From contig NW_027192191.1 of the NCBI RefSeq assembly GCF_041956535.1, forward strand, positions 1,440,610 through 1,504,609: a stretch of DNA of 64,000 bases, written 5' to 3'. This document shows, piece after piece, positions 12,236-23,265 of this stretch. Source of the DNA: Calcarisporiella thermophila CBS 279.70. Lineage: Eukaryota; Fungi; Calcarisporiellomycota. The position numbers were made by a program, and so were the translations under genes. Under the pieces are notes generated by a model. The model saw only the letters and a program-made list of their open reading frames with translations, had not been told where the DNA came from and ran no database searches. Positions within the stretch are counted from its first letter, which is position 1, and each line of letters begins with the position of its first letter.

Positions 12236-14334
12236 TCAACACAAATCCAGTCGTACTCGCACATTTTTTGCCAGTCGTGCTAGTCGAAGAGCTGCCTCAC
12301 CCATCACCGGGTTTCCTCGGAGAGTCAAAAACCGTACCCCTGCAAGCGACGAGTTCATAGCTCTCACCAGCGACTCTGCACCATCGGGACCAATCTGATT
12401 CCTATCCAAATCGAGGGTGGAGAGGGAGTGATTTTTCATCAGGCCTACCGCCAAAAACTCGGCCCCAGCATTCTCAATATAATTTTCGGCAAGAACCAGT
12501 GTGCGCAGGGTGGTGTTGGCCTCAAGAGCGCGTGCAAGATATTCGCAACCTTTGGATCCAATCTTGTTATATCCTAAATGCAGCGTACAGAGAACGCTGT
12601 TGATCCGGAGGCTATGAGCTAGTTGCTCGCACCCTTTGGAGCCAATTTCATTAGCACGCAGATCGAGGAAACGGATGCGACGGTTCAACGAAAGGGCACG
12701 ACCGAGCGCTTCGGCGCCACGATTACGAGTATTGTTCCAGGAGAGATCGATATGCTCGAGGGCCACGTTGGGATGCTCCAATGTCCGGGCGAAGACCTCA
12801 ATGCCTAGCAAGAATAAAGTTAGAGCTCATTCGATGATGAAGAAGGGGGGAGGGGAGGAGAGAAGGATAATAACGATAGAAATACCTTTGTCTCCGATCT
12901 CATTTCCACTCAAATCAATAAAAGTCAGCGTCTGATTTACATCCAATGCTTTCGCAATATGCTCCAAGCCTTGATCCGACACACAATTGTCTGTCAGATC
13001 CAGGCTTCGCAGCCTGTGATTCACCCGAATAGCCTTGGCAAGCAACACGGCGCCCAGATTCTCGATCTCGCTTCCCTTGAGGTTCACCTTCACAAGGGTG
13101 TCGTTTTCCATGAGCGTTTCCGCGAACAATTGCCAGCTGGGGCCAGGCTGAAAGTCCAGCGCATGCAGCGAGCGTATTGCGGGGTTGTACTTGAGAATAC
13201 TTTTGAGCTGGTCGGCAGTACTCACGTCTGCCGCGTGCAACCGTAGTGTGGTGAGTTGGTCAAGATCCTTGATGGTCTCTTGCTGTAGCTGATCTATCCG
13301 CTTTTCAAGCGCGAGAGTTTGGAGGCGGATGGCGGTAAACGCCTCCTTGAGAGGCTCATATTTGCAATGGCTAAGATGATGGCCGATTTTCTCGCGCTCA
13401 ACCATCTCAGTGCAACCGCCCATGTGCCCGAGAATGTTGCGGTGTGGACAAGGGATCACGCGTTTAGGGCATACCTCGTCATGCTCGTATTGGTCACAAA
13501 GTCTAAACACTGCATGACACATTTTACAGGGCACCTCTCTATTAATGCAGTCATTCGATACGTGTTCCTTGAGAAAATGGAATGAATGATAGCGAGTGAG
13601 TGAAGATATTCATGAAGGCCGACAGAGGATGACCATCTACCTTGAGCTCCTCTTCCTTATAGAATTTCTTGGAACATCCAAGAGAACAAGAAATCATTTT
13701 AAAGGCGCAACTTTTACGATGTTCATCGATTAGTTTACGAGGCAATATGGCTTTGCAATCTATGGACACCAGGTTAGTAACCACCAGAACAAAAATAATG
13801 GAACTTAGAGAGACGGCCTCACCTGGATATTCTTCATGAACGTTACAATAGACCAGCATTTCCTGGCACTCCGTCTACAGAAATAGAATAGAGTTAATAT
13901 TTCGGGGAGATAGGAAACCAAGCACCGCCAGTGAACATCACCTTTAAGTGGTGCACTAATTCGTCGCGTCGGCCCACCCATGCACAGCTCTCCCAGAAAC
14001 ACCGTACCTCTAGCTGATTCACTATGCGCTCGATTCGAACCGACCGTTTTAATTCCATCTCGTTCAAAGGGGCTCTGCAAAGAGCACATGTTTTGCTGCG
14101 CGCAATTGCACTCAAAATACAAGAACGGCAAAAGTGATGTCGGCAACGACGTGCTTGCGCGACATCCACAAATACATCATGACAAATACTGCAGATGAGA
14201 TCGGGGTCTATACCCTCGGGATCGACATAACGGCATTCTTGCTGTGCTTTCTGCAGAATTTGCTCAGGGGTGTTAGAGAGTGGTGGGGCTGAAGAGGAGA
14301 GCGGTGGGGCTGAGGAAGACGGCGGAGGGTTCAT
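12236..14334 (-). CDS. RING finger + TRAF-type zinc fingers + coiled coil + ribonuclease-inhibitor-type LRR protein (putative E3 ligase)
   Basis: C3HC4 RING CSICHDVF…CRHHFCRSC…CALC; repeated H-x3/4-C…C-x2/3-C TRAF-like fingers across short exons; LEKRIDQLQQE coil; ~28-aa LRRs (LxxLxLxxNxIGxxGxxxLAxAL). Exons join in frame through four GT-AG introns. Confidence 0.85.
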
Positions 14335-14618
14335 TCCTCGAAGTTCAGGGGGTTAACCGTGGATGGGACAGCCTCGCCTATATGGGAATCAAGGAAGAGT
14401 GAAATGGCTCTAAGCAGAAGAGGGACAAGCTAAGTTGTGGAGGTGGGATTAGTCAATGTACAATTAGTAATGCTACTCTCGCTTCCCTCGTACTACTTTT
14501 CCGAGAAAATTCCCCTGTTCCAACTCATTTTGAGAGGGGCTTTTCCATTTTTATCGCCCAATTTCGAGTTTTGCAGGGTCTTCGGTCATTGAGCAGCTCA
14601 ATCAGGTACCCTTCTCTC

Positions 14619-16118
14619 TCACTTGAAGATGCTGGGGAAAAATTCCCCGCCTGTTTCCACTGGATCCCATCTATGGCTGTTCTCCTTCGTAACAGAGAGG
14701 GTATCCCAAGGGGTCATTTTGGACTGCCGAGGATTCTGGGATATTTCGTTAAGAGCCTGACATATGCATTTCACTCTTAATAAATACGTCAAACACAGCT
14801 TGCTAAAAAAGACCCATCTAACTAGGATGCGGGTTCCTTTATTTTATTGACAGTTTTTGTAACAACAAAACGATACCTCAAGAGAAGGTAAACAAAAGGG
14901 GTTCTATCCTCACTTAAAACAAAGATAAAAATATGTGTGGAAAAGAATGCAAACCAATGATTCAGTGAAAGTCACAAAGGACGGGGCATAACCAAAAGAA
15001 AAGACAACAAAGATGGGAGAAAGTTACTTGTTTGAACGAAGACCCATAATAACAACAGAGATTGCAACAGTAGCAGCACACGCGTTTATCCACATAAAGG
15101 CAAAGACGAAACTAGTACAAAAGCAACCACGGTCACAATCGATCACCACCATGCGAACGTTTGGATATGCTTACCTTAAAGTGTGATTCTGCATAATATA
15201 AAGACGGAAGAAAGTCATGGAAAGAGTGGTAATAAGCACAACAGGAAGTAGAACTACAATCAGCACCACCACCCCACGGATTTTGTTGTAGCTCCGTTTA
15301 ATCTCGCAGAGCCGCTTAGCGAACACGTTGGTCTTCAGTCCATGGGATAAGGACTCCACTGAGGAGTCGTGCCGCGCGTTTACCTCAAACACTTCGATAT
15401 TTCTTGCAAGGATTAAGATCAACTGTCTTCCAAAGAAGATGTAGAACGAAAACATCACCACGATAAATATGCCCCACATCAGATAGAGACCGGTCACGAG
15501 CTGGCCATAGCCTTTCAGATTCCCACCATCGTACACAACACCCGCCGCCGTGGCGAGCCCCTGGTTGAGGGCCATGGGCAGAAGCACCAAGGTAAACATG
15601 ATCGAGGTGAGCTGGAAAGGCGAAGGAAGGAGGGTGCGCCCTGAGTTGGTCAAGCCTATATCGCTATAGCTATGGGGCGTGGCGAAGATCAGCCCGCTAA
15701 GATAGAATACAATGGCCGCGGCGGCAAACGGCCACGCGGCATTGCCCCAGTTCTCACGAGCAAGCATTGACATGGGCACATTGTTAAATATCAGGGCGGC
15801 GAACACGGCGCGGAGGATAAAGAAGAGCATAGCGAAGAGGACAAACATCTCCGTCGGCTTTGGGTAGAAGGCCAGCTCCCGCTGCGACCATTCGAACAGG
15901 CGCTGGCGCCGCCGAATGGTACGGTCGAACAAGATATAGCCACATAAAAGCACGAAAAGGGCGCTGAAGATGAAGTGGGCAAGATAGACCGCCGCGACAA
16001 ACTGTCCCCCGAAACAATTCTCAATAGTGACGCGCCAATCACAAAAGGGGGTATCGTCGCTAACGTTGTCGTTGAACAGTAGGGAGCGTTGCAAAAGGAG
16101 CCTGCTTACAACCGCCAT
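14619..16118 (-). CDS. Seven-transmembrane-like membrane protein (GPCR-like); 3' end uncertain
   Basis: 315-aa ORF with six hydrophobic helices and an N-terminal CDW…C motif. A spliced exon at ~15111-15028 adds a seventh helix (SFVFAFMWINACAATVAISVVIMGL). Confidence 0.6.
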
Positions 16119-17093
16119 AGACGTGACAAAGCGTGTGGGGTAAAGGTGCTAAGGAAGGAGAAGAACAGGGAAAAATCCGGGGACAAGGATGTGCCAAGGA
16201 CCCCTATAAGGCGGGGGGCCCTTGTATCGGATGTGAGTGAGGAGTGTTTTCGGCTTTGTCACTTGATGTTGCATTCTCTATTCCGTTTTCTCTCTGAACC
16301 GCTGTTTGTTTGTTTTTGCTTGACGATGTCAACAGATCGCTATATTGCGTGTTTAGAATGATTGAACAAATGGGAAGGCTTCCCATCGCGCTATCATCTC
16401 CTTGCATGCGAATGTAGCACAGCAGCTATCGAATCGATGGGGGAGCCCTCGGTGGAAAATCCCTCCACCTTTCTCCTCGCACATTGTGAATGAGATCAAC
16501 AAAATTGCAACGGCTTCCTTCTACTAATCTGCTGTATCCCTTGATCTCTTCACCGGCGCCAGAACCTCTGTGTTCCCTTCCAAGCCGCCTTTTGACTACT
16601 TTTTCCTTCTCTATTCCGGATATAACCCATCAACTTACAGTCGTAGACATTGGTTGAAATTGAACGGGAGCCGCATGTCTGGCAGCTGCTTAATCCTCCA
16701 GGGAAAGCTTCCAAGGTCATCGGCAGCGCCAGCTCGGGTGGTGCGTGCTGTTTTTCAAGCCCGCGGTCGCTCGTCTAACGAACGGAGAGGATACAGGATG
16801 CCTGGCACTCATTGCCGATTCCACCGCAATATCGGTGGAGGCGTTCTTGTATGGTGACGATCATCCGGTGCTCTATGGTGTTGTAATATTGCTGGCTTCT
16901 GCAGTTCCGAAAAGGTTGGTGTTCGGTGGTGGAGGCGGAGCATAATCGATTTTCCCAATCTTTTGACAAGCCCCGATTGGAACATCGATTGCGGGAGTCT
17001 AAGGTCGCGTCAATTTCCTGATTTGTTTTTTTTTATTTACACATTCGCCAACCATATTGCCTTCTTTCCCCTATTCAAGTGTCCCCTCTTGCA

Positions 17094-18955
17094 ATGTTGC
17101 CGACGGAAGTATACAACGCCTGCGTCTATGTTCCCCTTGCTCTATTCTTTGCATTGGGATGCTATACCGGCCTGAGGTTCCGTGAGGAGAATAAAAAGCT
17201 CGAGGATTTCCTTGGAGCCGTGCGTTCTCAGTCAGCCCTCACCCTGGGAATCAACTTTTTTGCCGCATGTAACTAACAGCTGTTGTTTTTGCAAATGATT
17301 TGCTCCGCTTTTGCTTATCGCTTGTTTTGTTTTTTCTTGCTCATGTTCATTTTATAGCCGTTGGAACATGGATTCTCACCACACTACCAGATGTCGCCAC
17401 CATTGCAGGACTCCAGGGGCTTATCGTCTATGTTATCGCTTGTGTCGCGCCTATCCTCTTGCTCTCCGTTCTTGGTCCCATCATTCGCCGCAAGAACCCC
17501 GATGGCTTCACGCTTAACCAATTCATTTACAAGCGATTCGGGCGGGTCGAGCACCTTTTTGTCAGTATCATCACGATTATTTACATGGCGGCCTTGTTAA
17601 TCGGAGAGCTTAGCGCAGCATATCAAGTGTTCGACATGCTGACCGGGATTAATCCGTTGCCCGTGGTGATAGTTGTAGTGATTCTTACCTCAATTTATAT
17701 TGGTAATTCACCATTTTCCGATGGTCGTATGTCTCAGGACTAACAAGCCATCGTATCCATAGCGGTGGGCGGTTTCCGTGCCTCTTTGATGACAGACTCG
17801 TTCCAAGGCTGGATCATCCTGGCTTTGGTTATCATCGGGGCGATCACGGCGGGGACCAGTGTCAAGGTCACCCACGAAAACATCGTCGCAAACCCATGGG
17901 TCACCCAACAAACGAAGATAGGGTGGGAACTGCTCTATATTCTGCCAGCCGCCGTGACAGGAGCCAACCTCTTCCACCAGGTAACCCGGCTATTGACCTC
18001 TGGTTGACCGAGTTTCTCTCTAACCGGATCTTGCTCTCCCAAGGGCTTCTGGCAACGCACCTTTGCATCGCGCACCGATCGCGATCTCCTCTATGCCGTC
18101 GTTATTGGGGTTACTCTGATGCTCCCCGTCCTCTTCCTCGTTGGATTTACCGGCATCCTTGCTGCTTGGGCCGGGGTCTTCCCTGGGCCTGATCCAGAGA
18201 ACCCCGTTCCCGGCTACCTCACCTTCTTTGCCTTGTTCAAGCTGCTACCGGACTGGGTCGTCGCGATGATTGTGGTGCTCGCTGCAAGTCTGATGTGCTG
18301 CTCCGTGGACACCCTACAGTCAGCCCTTATTTCCACGCTGTCGAGCGACCTCTTTTCCAACCGTGTGCCGCTGCTGGGAGTGCGGGTGATCTGTGTCGTG
18401 ATCAACGTCCCCATCGTCATTCTGGCCCTCAAGAACGTGGACCTGCTACAAGTGTTCCTTGTGGCTGATCTGCTTGCCTGCGCCACCATCCCTCCCGTGA
18501 TGCTGGGGCTGAGCGACAGACTCTTCTTCCTCAACGGAGAGGATGCCCTCATCGGCGGCCTAGGCGGTCTCTTCAGCGTGTTTATCTTCGGATGGGCGTA
18601 TCTTGGTGACGCTCTCAGTGGAATCAGGCTTTTGATTCTACCCAACGGCCTCTATGCCGATAACGAAGAGGTCTTGGGGGCTTTCCTTGCTGCTCCCGTG
18701 GGCGCCATTGTCTTTTGCTTTATCAGCTTTGGCGTAAGGCAGGCGGTTCGGGTGCTGTGGTCGCGTGTTCAGGGCAAACCTTACGAGTTCCCGAAAAATC
18801 CCGCACACCTGAGCATGACTCTCCCACGGTCCGACGTCGGTGCGGATCCATTGTCGACGCATGAGGGCCACTATGGGGCGTGTGCCGACGAGGAGCGAGC
18901 AATGAATTCAAAACTGGCCGCCGAGGAGGGGAAAAAGGACGTCCTTCCCAACTAA
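17094..18955 (+). CDS. DUR31: Sodium:solute symporter (SSF/SLC5) of the DUR31/NCU01977-like group, probable thiamine or thiamine-precursor transporter
   Basis: Multi-TM protein with SSF motifs (F…KRFG, GGFRASLMTDSFQG, FHQGFWQRTFA, SVDTLQSA). Three introns. An adjacent TPP aptamer supports the thiamine link. Confidence 0.85.
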
Positions 18956-19225
18956 TATCCGTGTGCTTCATAATATCTTTTTCGCCGTAAGTATTTAATT
19001 TCTCTTCGCCTCACCCCCTTCTCTCCTCTATATACTATTCCCCTATTTTTTTATTATATATATATACACATATCTTAATTTATGAAGTCGGTTCACTTCC
19101 CCCTTATCCCTCTATAGATTTAGATTTTTAGATTTTATTTATTCGCTTATTTATATATACATATATACATGGTGGAGGGGGGTTTTACTTTGGTTGTGGG
19201 GCTGGAATAAAATGGATGGGGTGGG

Positions 19226-19320
19226 ATGAACCTCCTCCATTTTCTTTTCCAATCCCATTTTGCTCTCTCCATTATGGAGAGGGAAGGGGAGGGGAGGAAT
19301 GGAGAATGGGGGAGGTTTGT
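19226..19320 (+). other. Long imperfect RNA hairpin immediately 5' of the aptamer
   Basis: ATGAACCTCCTCCATTTTCT pairs with GGAGAATGGGGGAGGTTTGT, and inner CTCTCTCCA-TTA-TGGAGAGGG. Deviations from Watson-Crick within these stems are G-U wobbles on the + strand. Confidence 0.7.
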
Positions 19321-19343
19321 TCGTATTTCATTTTTTTTTATTT

Positions 19344-19456
19344 TGAAAAATGGGCTACGGGTGGTTGATCTGCTCCATGTGAAGCAGCTCAGCCTGAGAT
19401 ATTACCGTCTGAACTTGACCATGGTTAATACCTGCGGAAGGAATGCCTATTTTTCA
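19344..19456 (+). ncRNA. TPP (thiamine pyrophosphate, THI-box) riboswitch aptamer
   Basis: P1 UGAAAAAUGGGC/GCCUAUUUUUCA (12 bp); P2 ACGG/CCGU; P3 GGUUGA…CUGCU/AGCAG…UCAGCC; invariant UGAGA J3/2; core UGAACUUGA-CCAUGGUUAAUACCUGCGGAAGGA with P4, P5, L5 UAAU and GCG J5/4. Matches the fungal TPP consensus. Confidence 0.95.
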
Positions 19457-20066
19457 TTCTACGGTTATTTTTCCCTTTTCACCCCCTTTGCCTTGCTCTG
19501 CTGGTTTGGCTCGGTGATGGTTCCACGTGTGCTTGAGACCGTTCCCATAGCGATTGGGGCGTAAGTAGAAACAAGGTTGCAGGAGAGGGGTGGGACGAAC
19601 CAGGAGGGAAGGCGGGGAGGGAAAGAAATGGGGAGATATCATATTAGGTTAGGTTGTGTGCTTGTGCTTTATCACAGGCCACCCTGAACCTAATCTAGTT
19701 TCCTATGCGCCTCAGGGAGGAGGAGCAAATGAGAAGGGATCAATCCAAATTAAAGTCGATAGCACAAAAGTGGTGAATGCGAAAAATTTTCAACAGAGTG
19801 CCACGAGACACGTAGCAGGGCTAGTGACGATAGTAACAAAAGGGATGGGGGGGGGGGGGCACAGCTGTAGTAGGAGGACTGGTCGCGGTCAAGGAAGTGG
19901 GGGTAGCAGTAGAGGTAAACGTGTATTAACAAAAGCACACACAAATAAGAAGGAACGGAATGGAATATACAAATAGATACAGTATTAGACAATATTCGCA
20001 TTTCTACATCACATACACAGACCGCCATCCATTAAATAATGACCTTGCTGATCACAGATCAGCAGG

Positions 20067-21052
20067 CTATGCGTAGAGGCTATGCCTTTCCACCCTTTGT
20101 CTCTTCCACCCGGTCCCCACTGAGACGCCGTCCCACGCGCCGTCCCACGCGCCATCCCATTCTCCGGCCCCTGCGCTGCTGGGTGCGGACGTCTCCCGCC
20201 CGAGCACCCGCTCCTTCAGCATCCCCAGCTCCGCCTGCATTCCCCTGACCATCTCGACCAGCCCGCGGTTCTCGCGGTGCAGAGACTCGATGGCCAGGCG
20301 CAGTGAATCCATCTCCCGGGCCTTTTGCTCCAGATCCTTGATGTATCTATCCTTGCGCTGCCGGAAGGCGCGCTGGGCGGCGCGATTCTGGGCGGCCCGG
20401 CGGGCATTGGCGGGCTTCTTCGATGGGTGTTGCGCAGACTGTTCAGGCGTCTGCGGCGAATCAAGGAGCTTGTTGGGGGTGGAGGGGGAGGGCGTGGTTG
20501 GCGAGGGCAATGGATCTGCTGTAGGCGGGGTGTAATCTAGAGTCATGTGCCAGAAGGGGGAGGAAGAAGGAGAGGGAGAGCGGTCAATAAATGAATGTGT
20601 CAAAGAGAGAACAGGTTCAAATAAAGAAACGTTTACAAAGAGACAAAAGAGGAGGAGAAAGCAGAAAAGGAATGGATCAACTATGACCAAGACTCACCAA
20701 GAGATATTCTCGGCTCAAATAGTGAGGACCACGGCGCTTCTCCGTATGAAAACTGGCCTTGAGGTGCGGGGGGTTGGCCCTCCAGGATTCCGTCGAAAGA
20801 AGCGCTGACCGGCGTTGGCAACGGGGACTGCCCCATATACATGTCTGGGAGGTGCATTGGTGTGAGCGGGGTCGCCAACGCCGACGACCAAGGCTGATTT
20901 GAGGACCATAGCGGGCAAGGGGAGCTGGAGCTGGAGCTGGAGCTGGGGGTGGCCGTGGTGGTGTGATTAGGATTAGAACTATTGTTCATCCTGAGAAGCT
21001 GCTTCGAAGCTTCGCTGTCTCCTGACGATAGAACTGATATTTGGAGAGTCAT
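20067..21052 (-). CDS. bZIP transcription factor (AP-1/Yap-like basic region)
   Basis: RRAAQNRAAQRAFRQRKDRYIKDLEQK followed by a leucine zipper. Exons 21052-20698 and 20536-20067. Confidence 0.9.
20126..20159. repeat. 12-bp tandem repeat x2.8 encoding WDGA repeats in the bZIP C-terminus
   Basis: CGCCGTCCCACG CGCCGTCCCACG CGCCATCCCA. Confidence 0.85.
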
Positions 21053-23265
21053 TTTAAAAATGGAAAAGAGGGAAAAAAAACTATATTTTTAAAGCTAGAG
21101 AATATTAGTCTTCCGTAAAGAACAAAAAGAAGAAAACAGAAAGAGGAAAAAAAAAATCAAACAAAAGCTATAGCAGTTTAGGTACTAGCGCGAAGAAGCG
21201 TGTGAAGGAGGAGAGCAAGGTGGGTGAAGGAGAGGAAAGAGTTAAAGGAGGGCAGCACAAGAAAAAGAAAGTTAATAAAAGGGGGAAAAGGGGGGGAGAG
21301 AAAAGAAGAAAAACCGTATTTAAATGATATGTGTCAACAGCGGAGAAGCCGTGAGCCTGCGAAACACAATCGTGCCCATCGGACTGCACAAGAAACTCTT
21401 TCTCTCCAACCGATGGGAAAATATAAATAGAAAATAAGATACAATGCGGCCTCACTCATGATAAAGTTAATTTCTGCGGATATTCCGAACCTCCCCCCCC
21501 CCCCCTCCTCTCTCCCCTCCCTCTCTCCTGCTCCACTCTTTGTCCATTTGCCTTGACGTCAGCCGGACTCCCTGTGATTTTGTTCTAGGGTTGTGGATTG
21601 TACAGCTGCAAATAGGGGAAAATGCCACCTGCCTAGTGATCCGAGAAGGCCGGCTTCCGTGAGAACGTAAATGCAAAAAAAAAAAGAATTCTCCCCCATT
21701 CTTCCCAGCCAGAGTTGATGGGGAGGAGGAAGCGACAGGAGTCAGAAGAGTGCAACGTGCAACGTAGTTTTAATTTTCTTCCTTTCCTTTCCTTGGTTTG
21801 ACTTGGCTTTGCCTTGTCCTCCTGCCGCCTCCCTCACCCTCTCTCTCTAACCCCTCCCTCCCTCTCTCCTTCCCTCCCCGGGTCCGTGACCATCTTTTGT
21901 TGGGTCTTCCCCAAGCACGCATTAACCCATGCTCTCGATCGGCTGCAGTAGCTTTATTAAACCGTTGGCGAACATGTCGCATTGTTTCTCGCACAGCGCT
22001 CTTTTTCCTTATTCTGCTGTATTCTAGTTTATTTGATCCCTGATCTACAGCCCCCCTCAGCAGCGATCCAGACGGCAGAGGGGGGGGGCGGCATGGCGCG
22101 AAAGGGCATAAGCATTGCACCGCTTGTAAGAGCGCAATAAACCAGTAGTCCAATGGGTGCTCCCAAGAGAGGAAGGTGGCTGTATCCAAAGAGTTTGTGA
22201 CCCCGTGTAAGCAAACCTTAGAGAGAAAAGGGAAAGATCAGCCGCTACACATGAGGTTGAGTTGAATGTGTTCAGGGCTCTCATTCTCTCCCCTCCTCCC
22301 CTTCCCCCCCCTTCCTTCCCTCTCTTAGGATCGACAATTCAATCTTCTTTGGTGCCCTCCCCCAACCTAGGCCCTCCATTGGTGCCTCCTCATCTCCCAC
22401 GTGAGTTCGTGGAATGGGCCGTGCTACAGCCGCGGGGTCTGGGCGCTACGAGCACAGGTGCAGCCCGCCTCAGCCTAGCGGTGCACCTGCGATACGGCCG
22501 GGAAAAGGCCCCTCTGCCTGAACCTTAGAGTTACCGTGCGGATGCTTTTCCGTAGCATTTCTAATCAAGTGTCAGTGTCGTTTCTTGCGTGGAAGCATCG
22601 GCGCGCGGAGTCCAGAGGGGGGAACTGAATTCTTGGAGGAAAAGACGAGGGATCGAGATCCGTTCTCGACCAACTCTGACTGGATCGGCCGTTCCTCTCC
22701 TGTCGACCGCCATGGGTGGGTTTCGCTGGTCTCCCTGCGTTCCCAATTATTAATTTTGTCCAACCTTGTAATTCTACCGCCGTACATTTATTAATCTCGG
22801 CTGCTTTTTTTTTAACCCATTCGTCTTGCACTACCCGGTTTCCCTGGATTCTAGTTCCTCTTCAGCTCCAGCCTCAACTCTAACCAGCAACCAAAAACTA
22901 TGAGATCACAAATCAAGGTTCAATAGTGTGGTCCATGTTTTTTTTTTCCTCTGAGAAATGAGGCGCTCTTCCCCTCACTCCTCCCCCCCCCCAACCTCAT
23001 CTTTTCCTCAATCCCCTCCCCCCTCCATCCTATCAGAAAACCGAACTCCAAGATGCAAGTCACAATTGCGTGACTGTTCAGAGGCTTATCCGTGACTGTC
23101 GATTATTTGCGTCATCATACGATCTTTGAGCGAGGAAGAGTTCGTAAGTGTTCTTTTCGATAGCCTGGGAACTTTCTATAGCGAATTTTGCCGAGCATAA
23201 TCTCGTATCCCAGTCCATCCGTAGCAAATTTAACACAGGCCCGCAGGTGGTATATAAATGGTGCT

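Larger units (their letters stand above)
18987..19715 (+). other. Predicted 3'-UTR intron containing the TPP aptamer
   Basis: GTAAGT donor at 18987, 31 nt after the stop; second GTAAGT at 19561; branch-like CCTAAT 19689-19694; CAG acceptor ending at 19715 (alternative AGs at 19550, 19677, 19698). Confidence 0.6.

Noticed and set aside
16560-17000. GC-rich stretch with small hairpins upstream of the symporter (ncRNA or uORF?)
   Set aside because: No recognisable RNase P/MRP, snRNA or riboswitch consensus; cannot support a call by eye.
19226-19564. 112-aa ORF over the riboswitch
   Set aside because: Low-complexity translation of hairpin arms; the RNA structure explains the region.
19644-19655. 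TTAGGTTAGGTT as a telomere-like repeat
   Set aside because: Only two units; better explained as one arm of the stem pairing with 19687-19698.
21060-23100. 2-kb intergenic region with polypurine/polypyrimidine and poly-C/G tracts
   Set aside because: Such tracts occur throughout the window's non-coding DNA; its ORFs are low complexity.
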